Source of the DNA: Candidatus Daviesbacteria bacterium RIFCSPHIGHO2_02_FULL_36_13 | GTDB taxonomy: Bacteria; Patescibacteriota; Microgenomatia; Daviesbacterales; UBA10151 | Direction of reading: 5' to 3' | DNA: 59,164 nt | Assembly (NCBI GenBank): GCA_001777015.1 | Contig: MFCV01000048.1 | Location: forward strand, 5,341-64,504 | Shown: positions 38,344 through 47,430 of the stretch, piece after piece | Position numbering within the stretch: the first letter of the stretch is position 1 | Layout of the letters: the number at the start of each line of letters is the position of its first letter | Notes under the pieces: model-generated | Told to the model about the DNA's origin: nothing | Database searches by the model: none | Seen by the model: only the letters and a program-made list of their open reading frames with translations | Program-made: the position numbers and the translations under genes

Positions 38344-39407
38344 AAATTTTAGTCACTGGTGCTCATTTTACACCTGCTGTTGCTGTTATTGAGGAACTAA
38401 AAAAACAACCTGGTGTAGATGTTATTTATATAGGAAGGAAGACAACCAGAGAGGGGGATTCATCGTCTTCTGTTGAATCTCAAATTTTGCCAAGACTTGG
38501 AGTGAAGTTTATTCCAATAATAACAGGAAGATTACAAAAAGATTTTACTCTCTATACAATCCCATCACTTTTGAAAATACCAATTGGTTTTATTCAATCG
38601 CTCTATATAGTTTTAAAAGAAAAACCTGATGTGATTTTATCTTTTGGCGGATATGTGGCAGTTCCAACAGTAATCAATGGTTGGCTTCTGTCAATTCCAA
38701 TTATTGTTCATGAGCAAACTTTAGTTTCTGGTCTTGCCAATAAAATTAGTTCCCTTTTTGCTGATAAAGTAGCCCTTTCTTTTCTTGATAAGGATAGGGT
38801 TAATGAAAAAACTATTGTTACCGGCAACCCTCTTAGATCCTTGATTACTCAAAAGCAAAGCAACACAAAAAGAAACGAAAAGCCTACGATTTTAATTACA
38901 GGAGGTAATCAAGGTTCGCATACAATAAATGAAAAAGTAGAAGAATGTTTAGATAAATTGACTAAGCTTGCAAAAATAATTCACATCACAGGTGATAGTA
39001 AATTTAAGGATTTTGAAAGACTGGAAAGTAAACAAAGTGAAGACTATCAGGTTAAAAAATGGATTGGTGATGAATATGGAGAAATTTTATCAAGAGCTGA
39101 TTTAGTTATTTCCAGAGCAGGAATAAATACTTTATCAGAATTAGCTTACCTTGGAAAACCAGCATTAGTAATTCCTATTCCTTATTTATATAAAGATGAG
39201 CAAAATGAAAATGCACGCTTTTTCGAAGACCTCGGTCTTGTAAAAACGCTTCCGCAGTCTAAGTTGTCACCCAGCATTTTAATGGAAAATATAAAATTTA
39301 TGTTAAGACACCTAGATAGCTTAAACAAAAAAGCTTTAGGTGCCAAAAAAATTATTAAGGTAGATGCTGCTAAAAGACTAGCCTTGGAAACCCTACTTCT
39401 GGCATAA
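38340..39407 (+). CDS. murG: Undecaprenyldiphospho-muramoylpentapeptide beta-N-acetylglucosaminyltransferase
   Basis: ILVTGAHFTPAVAV, HEQT, ITGGNQGSHTIN, SRAGINTLSELAYLGKPALVIP. Confidence 0.85.
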   Translation: MKILVTGAHFTPAVAVIEELKKQPGVDVIYIGRKTTREGDSSSSVESQILPRLGVKFIPIITGRLQKDFTLYTIPSLLKIPIGFIQSLYIVLKEKPDVILSFGGYVAVPTVINGWLLSIPIIVHEQTLVSGLANKISSLFADKVALSFLDKDRVNEKTIVTGNPLRSLITQKQSNTKRNEKPTILITGGNQGSHTINEKVEECLDKLTKLAKIIHITGDSKFKDFERLESKQSEDYQVKKWIGDEYGEILSRADLVISRAGINTLSELAYLGKPALVIPIPYLYKDEQNENARFFEDLGLVKTLPQSKLSPSILMENIKFMLRHLDSLNKKALGAKKIIKVDAAKRLALETLLLA

Positions 39408-39414
39408 TCATTAT

Positions 39415-40209
39415 ATGAGGCAGTTTGGAAAAAGGAAGCTTTCTAAGTTAATCCCATTTTTGTGGATTGCAGGTTTTGCTTTATCAATAGGCTTAAGTAT
39501 TTTAATACTCAATTCCGACCTTTTTGCAATTAAAAAAATTGAACTAGGCTTTGATAAGGTTAATTGTGCAAGTTCTGAAGATATAGAAAATTCATCAGGG
39601 GTTTTGGGGCAAAACCTAATATTTCTTGATACTACAAAAATAATAAACAATATAAAGGATAAATTTATTTGTATTAGAGAGGTTGAGCTTTCAAAACAAC
39701 TTCCAAGTAAAATTAGGCTCTCAGTTTTCGGAAGAGAAGCTATTGGTAGATTGACGAATTTAGCAAGCTTTGAGTCAACAGCATCAACTCTTGAACAAAT
39801 CGCTACCCCTTCTGCGGCAACTGCTGAAGGTTTTTTAGTAGATAAGGATGGAGTAGTCTTTTCTCAAAGTTTAGAACAAATTAATACCCCAAGTATTTAT
39901 TTAAAAGATGTTGAAATTTTTTTGGGTAGAAAATTGGAAAATAGTATTATAAGCAGTCTAAAGATACTGGAAAGAGTAAAAATATTTAACCTTAATTTTA
40001 ACTCAAGTCTGATTATGGATAATTATTTGATTGTATTTCCACAAGTTGATAATCCTAAAGTATTTTTCAGGCTAGATAATGAGATTGATTTACAACTTGC
40101 ATCTTTACAACTGATCTTGGAGAAGGCTAAAATAGATGAAAGAATATTGGAGTTTATCGATTTAAGGTTTGATAAACCCATAGTGCGTTTTGCCCCCAAG
40201 AAAACTTGA
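39415..40209 (+). CDS. ftsQ: FtsQ/DivIB-like division protein
   Basis: One N-terminal TM then a POTRA-like segment. Sits between murG and ftsA. Confidence 0.6.
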   Translation: MRQFGKRKLSKLIPFLWIAGFALSIGLSILILNSDLFAIKKIELGFDKVNCASSEDIENSSGVLGQNLIFLDTTKIINNIKDKFICIREVELSKQLPSKIRLSVFGREAIGRLTNLASFESTASTLEQIATPSAATAEGFLVDKDGVVFSQSLEQINTPSIYLKDVEIFLGRKLENSIISSLKILERVKIFNLNFNSSLIMDNYLIVFPQVDNPKVFFRLDNEIDLQLASLQLILEKAKIDERILEFIDLRFDKPIVRFAPKKT

Positions 40210-40212
40210 AAT

Positions 40213-41529
40213 ATGGCCAAAGACAAAATCATTTGCGGAATAGATGTCGGTTCATCAAAAGTTGCAACACTTATAGCATCAATTGATGAAAATGGAAAAA
40301 TAAATTTAATTGGAGTTTCCTCTACTGTTTCTAAAGGAGTTAGGAAAAATCAGGTAGTTGATATTGAAGAAGCAGTAAAAGCTATTACAGAATCAGTTGA
40401 AGCTGCAGAAAGAATGGCAGGTTATTCAATTTCGAATGCATATGTTGCAATGGGCGGTCCTCAAATAGAATCTGTTAACCAACATGCAGTTGTAGCAGTC
40501 TCAGAACCGGAGGGTGAAATTAAAACCAGTGATATCCAAAGAGTTAATGATGCAGCTAGAGCCATACCTCTTCCTTCGTCCCGGGAAATTTTGCATGTTA
40601 TTCCTAGAACCTTTACTGTTGATGGTCAAGAAGGAATCAAAGATCCAATTGGAATGACAGGAGTTAGGCTTGAGACAGAGACACATATAATAACTGGTTC
40701 CACAACCTCTATGAAAAATTTAGTGAAATGTGTTCAGGAAGTGGGTATAGATGTTTCAGAGTTAGTATTTTCCGGAATTGCAGCATCGCTTTCAGTTCTA
40801 ACGGATACAGAAAAAGAATTGGGAGTAGTTTTAGTTGATATTGGGGGAGAGACAACAGACGTAGTAATTTTTATTGATGGATCTGTTTCTTATTCCTCAG
40901 TTGTACCAATAGGAGCCAGACATATAACTTCAGATATGGCAGTGGGACTGCGGGTTTCTTTGGAATCTGCTGAAAAAATAAAATTGTCTTTAGGAAAATC
41001 TCAAAGATCACCGGCTCTAGCGCAGAGCGCGATAGCTGCACAAAGTACTTTAGAAGATGAAGATAGACCTAAACCTTCTAAAAAAGAGGATGAAGTATTG
41101 GATGTTAAAGCCTTAGGAATAGAAGAAGACATTCAAAAAATATCTAAAAAAGCGGTTGTTGATGGAATAATAAGACCTAGATTACAGGAGATATTTAAAT
41201 ATGTTGGTAAGGAGCTTAAAAAAAGTGGTTTTGGTACACAAATTCCATCAGGCTTAGTTATTTGTGGCGGAGGTGCTCAAACGATTGGAGTTTTGGAGCA
41301 GGCTAAATATGTCTTAGGTTTTCCTGCAAGATTAGGCCAGATAGATGGACTTTCAGGTTTAATTGAGGAAATTGATTCCCCAAGTTTTGCTTCTTCTGCA
41401 GGTCTTATACTTTACGGAACCTCTCAGGATTCTGGTTCTGAAATGCGTCTGCCTGTTTTATCAGGAAGCATGCCTTTTCGCGGTATGATACAAAAAGGAA
41501 TTGCACTAGTGAAATCGTTTTTACCGTAA
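40213..41529 (+). CDS. ftsA: Cell division protein FtsA
   Basis: GIDVGSSKV and VDIGGETTDV actin-fold phosphate motifs; GGGAQ; C-terminal amphipathic tail. Confidence 0.9.
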   Translation: MAKDKIICGIDVGSSKVATLIASIDENGKINLIGVSSTVSKGVRKNQVVDIEEAVKAITESVEAAERMAGYSISNAYVAMGGPQIESVNQHAVVAVSEPEGEIKTSDIQRVNDAARAIPLPSSREILHVIPRTFTVDGQEGIKDPIGMTGVRLETETHIITGSTTSMKNLVKCVQEVGIDVSELVFSGIAASLSVLTDTEKELGVVLVDIGGETTDVVIFIDGSVSYSSVVPIGARHITSDMAVGLRVSLESAEKIKLSLGKSQRSPALAQSAIAAQSTLEDEDRPKPSKKEDEVLDVKALGIEEDIQKISKKAVVDGIIRPRLQEIFKYVGKELKKSGFGTQIPSGLVICGGGAQTIGVLEQAKYVLGFPARLGQIDGLSGLIEEIDSPSFASSAGLILYGTSQDSGSEMRLPVLSGSMPFRGMIQKGIALVKSFLP

Positions 41530-41564
41530 AAACGATTTCGCGAACTTGTTCAGTTAAGTCCTTC

Positions 41565-41593
41565 TTGCCCTAGATAGAAATATCTGATATATT
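41565..41593 (+). promoter_or_regulatory. ftsZ promoter: TTGCCC (41565-41570), 17-nt spacer, extended -10 TGaTATATT (41585-41593)
   Basis: Read directly. The -10 is followed by CTGCCCAGAGAGA and then ATG 41611. Confidence 0.55.
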
Positions 41594-41610
41594 CTGCCCA
41601 GAGAGAATGT

Positions 41611-42768
41611 ATGCTCATAAAACCTGATGTACAAAAATTTGCAAAGATTAAAGTTGTAGGTTTGGGTGGTGGTGGTTCTAATTCCTTAAACTCCATGATA
41701 CTCTTGCAGCAAATCCAGGGTGTAGAATTTGTGGCGATTAATACAGATGCTCAGGCTTTAATGAATAATCAGTCTCCAACAAAAGTCCAAATTGGCGAGC
41801 AATTAACACGCGGACTAGGTTCTGGAGGAGATCCTGAAATTGGCAAGCAGGCTGCTGAGGAATCAACTCAGAAATTGGAAGATGTTTTAGGGGATGCTGA
41901 TATGGTCTTTCTAACAGCTGGGATGGGTGGAGGAACAGGAACCGGTTCAATCCCTGTTGTTGCACAAGTTGCTAAAAATGCAGGAGCATTAACAGTGGCT
42001 GTTGTTACCAAGCCTTTTGCTTTTGAAGGAACAAGAAGAATGGTGGTTGCAGAAGATGGAATTGAGAAGCTTAAGGATAAGGTTGATGCCTTAATTATTA
42101 TTCCAAATCAAAGGCTTTTAGAAACTGTAGAAAAAAATATGACTTTGCAGGAAGCTTTTAGATTGGCTGACTCAGTTTTGGGACAAGGAGTTCAGGGAAT
42201 TTCTGATCTTATTACTATGCCGGGACTTATTAATGTTGATTTTGCTGATGTTAAAACAATCATGAGTAATGCAGGATCAGCATTGATGGGTATTGGGGTT
42301 GCAGGGGGAGATAACAGGGCTGCAGCAGCTGCCAGAATGGCTATTGCCTCACCTTTACTTGAAGTTTCAATAGAAGGAGCCAAAGGAGTCCTTTTCAATA
42401 TTGTTGGAGGACCTGATCTTTCTATGACAGAAGTTAATGAGGCTGCTCAAATTATTGCTCAGGCTGCTGATCCTGATGCTAATATAATCTTTGGTGCTAC
42501 CATTAAAGAAGATCAGCTTGATCAAATTAAAATTTCTGTTATAGCTACGGGATTTGATGAGACAAGAAGAAGGCTGAGGGAATATATTGGTACTGGGATA
42601 GGATCATCTTCAATTCAAAATCAACCTCAGTCTAGTGCTTGGGCTCCTGAAGAAAAAGAAGAAGCCCCTGTTCAAGCTACTCAGGAACCTGAGAGAGCTG
42701 AGGAAGAGATCATAAAGGAAGAAGACGAAGATTTAGAAATCCCAGCATTTCTCCGCGGCAACAGATAA
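41611..42768 (+). CDS. ftsZ: Cell division protein FtsZ
   Basis: [17 protein letters not shown] tubulin signature, C-terminal DLEIPAFLR peptide. Confidence 0.95.
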   Translation: MLIKPDVQKFAKIKVVGLGGGGSNSLNSMILLQQIQGVEFVAINTDAQALMNNQSPTKVQIGEQLTRGLGSGGDPEIGKQAAEESTQKLEDVLGDADMVFLTAGMGGGTGTGSIPVVAQVAKNAGALTVAVVTKPFAFEGTRRMVVAEDGIEKLKDKVDALIIIPNQRLLETVEKNMTLQEAFRLADSVLGQGVQGISDLITMPGLINVDFADVKTIMSNAGSALMGIGVAGGDNRAAAAARMAIASPLLEVSIEGAKGVLFNIVGGPDLSMTEVNEAAQIIAQAADPDANIIFGATIKEDQLDQIKISVIATGFDETRRRLREYIGTGIGSSSIQNQPQSSAWAPEEKEEAPVQATQEPERAEEEIIKEEDEDLEIPAFLRGNR

Positions 42769-42774
42769 AGTTGT

Positions 42775-42914
42775 AGCTCGTCACAGTAAAAAGTACCATT
42801 CGGCTAGTATTCCTGTAACATTTAGTTTATTTCTAGCCTCATTGTGGGAAAATTTTTGCTTTAGTACTACACAAAAATTTTCTAACTGCTTTTATACTTG
42901 TGACTTCGCTACTC
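42775..42914 (+). ncRNA. Candidate structured RNA / conserved intergenic element, copy B
   Basis: Homolog of 28501-28640. P1 42780-42785 gtcaca / 42899-42904 tgtgac. P2 42802-42807/42833-42838. P3 42848-42858/42872-42882. Confidence 0.5.
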
Positions 42915-42924
42915 CTAAATAATA

Positions 42925-42933
42925 TGCTAGAAT
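42925..42933 (+). promoter_or_regulatory. Extended -10 TGcTAGAAT, 7 nt upstream of the ileS ATG (leaderless-type)
   Basis: tgctagaat-ttagcct-ATG; no Shine-Dalgarno sequence. Confidence 0.5.
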
Positions 42934-42940
42934 TTAGCCT

Positions 42941-45772
42941 ATGAGTAAGTTTAAAAGTGTTTCTTCTCAAGTTGATTTTCCGGCTCTTGAAAGAGAGTTG
43001 CTTGACCATTGGTATACAGAGGGGATTGTAGAAAAATATCTTCATAGAAATGATAATTCAGATAAAAAATTCTCTTATCTTGATGGCCCTATTACTGCTA
43101 ATAATCCTATGGGGGTTCATCATGCTTGGGGTAGAACTTTAAAAGATGTTTGGCAAAGATATCACAATATGAAAGGGTTTGCCGGCAGATTTCAGAATGG
43201 TTTTGATGAACAAGGTCTTTGGGTTGAGGTAGAGGTAGAAAAAGAGCTAGGTTTAAGAAGCAAGAAGGATATTTTAAATTTAGTTCCTGGAGATGAATTT
43301 GCCTCTTTAGAAAAATTTGTAAATCTTTGTAAGCAAAGAGTTAAAAAATACTCAAGTATTCAAACTGAACAAAGTAAGAGATTAGGTTATTTTATGGATT
43401 GGGATAATTCATATCATACTTCATCAGACGCTAATAATTATGCAATCTGGAATTTTATAAAAGTTGTAAATGAAAAAGGCTGGCTTTATAAAGGACATGA
43501 CTCTGTTCCTTGGTGTCCCAGGTGTGGAACTGCTATTTCTCAGCATGAAATTGAATCTGATGGATATAAAGAAGTGGTTCATGCTTCAATTTATTTTAAG
43601 CTCCCCATTGAAGGAAGTGATGAAAATTTATTAGTTTGGACTACAACTCCCTGGACACTCCCTGGAAATATAGCTGTGGCTGTTAATGAAAAATTTGATT
43701 ATTCATTAGTTGAAAAGGACGGTAGTAAACTTTGGGTATTAAAAGATTTAGTTAAAAAAATATTTGGAGAGGAAAAAATATTAAAAACAGTAAAGGGTAA
43801 GGAATTGGTGGGCCTAAAATATAAATGGGCTTTTGATGATTTGCCTGCTGTAAAAAAAGCAGCAGAGTCAGATAATTTTCACAGCGTTGTAGCCACAGAT
43901 GAACTTATCATGCCTATTAATACTGAGGAAGGAACAGGGTTAGTCCATACAGCTGTTTCAGCAGGAGTTGAGGATTTTAAATTAGGTCAAAAATTAGGTC
44001 TGCCTCTAGTAGATCTTATAGATGAGGGAGCAAATTATCTAGAAGGCTTAGGGAATTTTTCCGGAAAGAATGCTAAAAAAGATCCCAAGGTAATTTTAGA
44101 TTACTTAGAAGAAAGTTGGGTATTTAAAGTTGAAAATTATAAACACAGATACCCAACTTGTTGGAGGTGTAAGACAGAACTTGTTTGGAGAGTGGTGGAT
44201 GAATGGTATATAGCAATGGACTGGGCAGATGATAGCGGTAAAACTTACCGTGAGCAAATGGTAGAGGTTGCTAAAAAAATAAACTGGATTCCTGCTTGGG
44301 CAAAAGACCGCGAACTGGATTGGCTTAAAAATATGCATGACTGGCTAATTTCCAAAAAAAGGTTTTGGGGATTGGCTCTGCCGATTTGGGAATGTAAAAA
44401 ATGTAAAAACTTTGATGTTGTAGGTGGAGTTGATGAACTAAAGGAAAAATCAGTGGAAGGCTTTAAAGAATTTGAAGGTCATACTCCCCACAGGCCTTGG
44501 ATAGATCAGATAAAAATAAAATGTTCAAAATGCGGAGAAGTCTCTTTAAGAATTCCTGATGTAGGCAACCCTTGGCTTGATGCAGGAATTGTGCCTTTCT
44601 CAACTTTGCCAGAAGGATGGTTTCCTGCAGATTTAGTGAGTGAATCATTTCCAGGACAATTTAAAAATTGGTTCTATGCCATGATTGCCATGAGTACAGC
44701 TCTTAAAAATACTAATCCATTTAAAACTCTCTATGGTTATGCTTTGGTAAGGGATGAACATGGAGAAGAGATGCACAAATCTAAGGGCAACTCCATAGAA
44801 TTTAATGAAGCTGCGGATAAAATAGGCTCTGATGTTATGAGGTGGATGTTTGTTACTCAGGATCCTGAATCAAATCTTTTGTTTGGGGTTAATACAACAT
44901 CTGAGGTAAAAAGAAGGTTTTATTTAATTCTTTGGAATTCTTATAAATTTTTTGTTGACTATGCATCTTTTTCTTTTGATCAAAGTATGGATGCAGACAA
45001 TCTAACTATGCTGGACAAATGGATTCTATCCCGATTAAATCAGGTTATTTCAACTTCCGATGCGGCTTTAACGAAATTTAACCCATATGTATCTTCCAGA
45101 GTAATTGAAGATTTTGTTGTTAATGATTTTTCTACCTGGTATATCAGAAGATCAAGGGATAGAGTGGGATTGGAGGCTAATGCAGGGGATCGAAATACTT
45201 GTTTGGCAGTGATGCATAAAGTTTTGGTTACAGTTAGTAAGTTGGCTGCCCCAATGATACCGTTTATAACAGAGGAATTTTTTAGAAACTTAACCGGAGA
45301 AGAATCAGTGCACTTAGAGGAATATCCTAAAGTCGAGGGAGAGGTAGATTTAAAGTTAATATCTGACATGGCTACTGTAAGAAAAATAGCTGAAGGCATA
45401 CATGCAAAGAGGAAAGAAGCCAATATTAAACTCAGACAGCCCTTAGTGTCAATTTCTTACTCAGGTGAAGAGTTGAGTAAAGAATTAGAACAATTATTAG
45501 CAGAAGAATTAAATGTAAAGACCGTTGAACATGGTAAAGAGTTGTCTCTGGACACAAATATCACTCCAGAATTGGCAGAGGAAGGTGCGGCTAGGGACTT
45601 AATAAGAGAAATTCAAAAGCTTAGGAAAGAATCAAATATGACTTTAAATGATAAAACTAAAATTACAGTACCAAGTTGGCCAAAATCTTTTGAAAAGTTA
45701 ATTTTAGAAAGTACTGCTTCTACTTCTATTGAAAAGGGTGAAGAACTTGAGGTGAAACTTGTCAATTCATGA
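42941..45772 (+). CDS. ileS: Isoleucine--tRNA ligase
   Basis: PITANNPMGVHHAWGR (HIGH-type), KSKGNS (KMSKS-type), Zn-type CPRCGT and WRCKTE. 943 aa. Confidence 0.9.
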   Translation: MSKFKSVSSQVDFPALERELLDHWYTEGIVEKYLHRNDNSDKKFSYLDGPITANNPMGVHHAWGRTLKDVWQRYHNMKGFAGRFQNGFDEQGLWVEVEVEKELGLRSKKDILNLVPGDEFASLEKFVNLCKQRVKKYSSIQTEQSKRLGYFMDWDNSYHTSSDANNYAIWNFIKVVNEKGWLYKGHDSVPWCPRCGTAISQHEIESDGYKEVVHASIYFKLPIEGSDENLLVWTTTPWTLPGNIAVAVNEKFDYSLVEKDGSKLWVLKDLVKKIFGEEKILKTVKGKELVGLKYKWAFDDLPAVKKAAESDNFHSVVATDELIMPINTEEGTGLVHTAVSAGVEDFKLGQKLGLPLVDLIDEGANYLEGLGNFSGKNAKKDPKVILDYLEESWVFKVENYKHRYPTCWRCKTELVWRVVDEWYIAMDWADDSGKTYREQMVEVAKKINWIPAWAKDRELDWLKNMHDWLISKKRFWGLALPIWECKKCKNFDVVGGVDELKEKSVEGFKEFEGHTPHRPWIDQIKIKCSKCGEVSLRIPDVGNPWLDAGIVPFSTLPEGWFPADLVSESFPGQFKNWFYAMIAMSTALKNTNPFKTLYGYALVRDEHGEEMHKSKGNSIEFNEAADKIGSDVMRWMFVTQDPESNLLFGVNTTSEVKRRFYLILWNSYKFFVDYASFSFDQSMDADNLTMLDKWILSRLNQVISTSDAALTKFNPYVSSRVIEDFVVNDFSTWYIRRSRDRVGLEANAGDRNTCLAVMHKVLVTVSKLAAPMIPFITEEFFRNLTGEESVHLEEYPKVEGEVDLKLISDMATVRKIAEGIHAKRKEANIKLRQPLVSISYSGEELSKELEQLLAEELNVKTVEHGKELSLDTNITPELAEEGAARDLIREIQKLRKESNMTLNDKTKITVPSWPKSFEKLILESTASTSIEKGEELEVKLVNS

Positions 45773-46839
45773 AGTTTATTGAATCTGTCAATTGGCCTAT
45801 TTTTCTTGTCAGCCTTTCACTGGTATCTATTGGAATTCTGGTTATTTATTCATCTTCCCCTGAACTGGCTTTTCAGCAGTTTATTTATACTATTGTTGGC
45901 TTAATTCTTTTTTTATTCATTTCCCATTTGGATTTACATTCCATCAGAAAACTTATTAATCCTTTATTTTTTCTTACAATTTTACTTTTGATTGTGGTGT
46001 TGGTTTTGGGAGTTGAAACCAGAGGTTCAGTTAGGTGGATTCCCTTAGGCTTTTTTAATATTCAGCCATCTGAATTTGCAAAACCAGTAATTCTTCTTTT
46101 TATTGCCTCTTTCTGGGCTAAGAGTATATCTTCCTGGACGAATATTTTTAAGAGCTTGTTTTTAATTTCTCCAATCCTATTTTTGGTTTTTATACAGCCT
46201 GATTTAGGATCGACATTAACTCTTGTATCTATCTGGGTCGGTATTCTTTTTGTTTCAAGAGTATCTGTTAAAAAAATTATTGTTTTAATCTTAATTGCAG
46301 CTTTAGTCATACCTGTGGGCTGGACATTTTTAAGGGACTATCAAAAACAAAGAATTGTGGGATTTTTAAATCCCCAAACAGATCCTTTAGGACGTGGTTA
46401 TAACCTAATTCAATCAACTATAGCTGTTGGATCAGGAGAAATTCTTGGAAGGGGACTGGGAAGAGGCACTCAATCCAGGCTGCAGTTTTTGCCGGAATTT
46501 AGAACTGATTTTATATTTGCTTCTATTGCTGAGGAGTGGGGGTTTTTGGGATGTTTTGTGATCTTATCTTTGTATATGTATCTTTTGGTCTTTTTTTTAA
46601 GATTGGCTTCTCAGATTGATGATAATTTTAGCTTTCTTATTATTATTGGAGTTTTTTCTATGCTTTTGTTTCAAGTTTTTGTCAATGTAGGTATGAATAT
46701 AGGAATTGTGCCAATAACAGGTATTACTTTGCCTCTTATTTCCTATGGGGGGTCGTCTTTAATTGTAACCTTCGTTTGTTTAGGGCTAGTTGCTTCTGTT
46801 GCCAAAGCAAGAGCCAGAATTGACACAGAAGCCTATTAA
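45769..46839 (+). CDS. rodA: SEDS-family protein RodA
   Basis: QPSEFAKP, TDFIFASIAEEWGFLG, PLISYGGSS. Outside the dcw cluster, so assigned as the elongation paralog. Confidence 0.8.
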   Translation: MKFIESVNWPIFLVSLSLVSIGILVIYSSSPELAFQQFIYTIVGLILFLFISHLDLHSIRKLINPLFFLTILLLIVVLVLGVETRGSVRWIPLGFFNIQPSEFAKPVILLFIASFWAKSISSWTNIFKSLFLISPILFLVFIQPDLGSTLTLVSIWVGILFVSRVSVKKIIVLILIAALVIPVGWTFLRDYQKQRIVGFLNPQTDPLGRGYNLIQSTIAVGSGEILGRGLGRGTQSRLQFLPEFRTDFIFASIAEEWGFLGCFVILSLYMYLLVFFLRLASQIDDNFSFLIIIGVFSMLLFQVFVNVGMNIGIVPITGITLPLISYGGSSLIVTFVCLGLVASVAKARARIDTEAY

Positions 46840-46848
46840 GGCTACAAT
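46820..46848 (+). promoter_or_regulatory. Consensus promoter TTGACA-17 nt-TACAAT, ending 7 nt before the rplU ATG (leaderless-type)
   Basis: TTGACA 46820-46825 (inside the rodA 3' end), TACAAT 46843-46848, ATG 46856. Confidence 0.65.
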
Positions 46849-46855
46849 TGTGCAC

Positions 46856-47164
46856 ATGTTTGATTTTGCAATTTGTGAAATATCAGGAAAACAATACAAG
46901 ATAATTCCTAATCAGGAGATCTTGGTGGATTGGCTTGGGGAAGAGACAAAAAAAATTGATGCTTCGGTGCTGATGTTATCTGAAGGTGGAAAAGTTAAAA
47001 TTGGTACTCCATATCTTAAAGAAAAGCTAACTTTGGAGTGTTTAGGAACTGTGAAAAGTAAAAAGATCAGGGTGGCTAAATTTCATGCTAAGGCAAATTT
47101 CAGAAAAGTAACAGGTTCTAGACCTAAAAAAACAAATCTTGTACATTCCGTGAAAACAAAGTAA
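46856..47164 (+). CDS. rplU: 50S ribosomal protein L21
   Basis: MFDFAICEISGKQYKI start; 102 aa; followed by rpmA. The longer track ORF overlaps rodA and is rejected. Confidence 0.9.
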   Translation: MFDFAICEISGKQYKIIPNQEILVDWLGEETKKIDASVLMLSEGGKVKIGTPYLKEKLTLECLGTVKSKKIRVAKFHAKANFRKVTGSRPKKTNLVHSVKTK

Positions 47165-47178
47165 AATATCCTTAAGTT

Positions 47179-47424
47179 ATGGCACATAAAACAGGTGGAG
47201 GTTCAACCAGAAAAAATAGAGATTCAATTTCAAAACGTTTAGGCGTGAAAATTTGGGGTGGAGCTAAAGCTGAACCCGGAAATATCATTATTAGACAAAA
47301 AGGAAATAAATTTTACCCAGGAGTTGGAACACAGCAGGGAAATGACTATACAATCTTTTCAGTGGTTTCCGGAAAAGTTGAATTTAAAAAGAAACTCTCT
47401 AAAAGAGTTGTTAGTGTGGTTTAA
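47179..47424 (+). CDS. rpmA: 50S ribosomal protein L27
   Basis: MAHKTGGGSTRKNRDSISKRLGVK...IIIRQKGNKFYPG. Confidence 0.95.
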   Translation: MAHKTGGGSTRKNRDSISKRLGVKIWGGAKAEPGNIIIRQKGNKFYPGVGTQQGNDYTIFSVVSGKVEFKKKLSKRVVSVV

Positions 47425-47430
47425 AATTTT

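Noticed and set aside
2747-45423. Numerous 60-170-aa ORFs in the six-frame track antisense to, or overlapping, longer genes. Examples: 2747-2953, 3247-3672, 5407-5700, 9743-10003, 12905-13102, 16884-17075, 17657-17881, 18245-18565, 21188-21556, 21558-21773, 21963-22472, 22876-23061, 24720-25001, 25104-25725, 29878-30123, 33131-33496, 33629-33964, 34202-34786, 41738-42398, 44105-44648, 45040-45423, and similar ORFs further on (46062-46310, 47826-48047, 49040-49666, 55426-55968, 57060-57454).
   Set aside because: Each lies wholly within a longer ORF that has clear family motifs. Their translations are low-complexity or compositionally odd (Ser/Leu/Ile/Phe-rich shadows of AT-rich coding sequence), and none has start-site signals.
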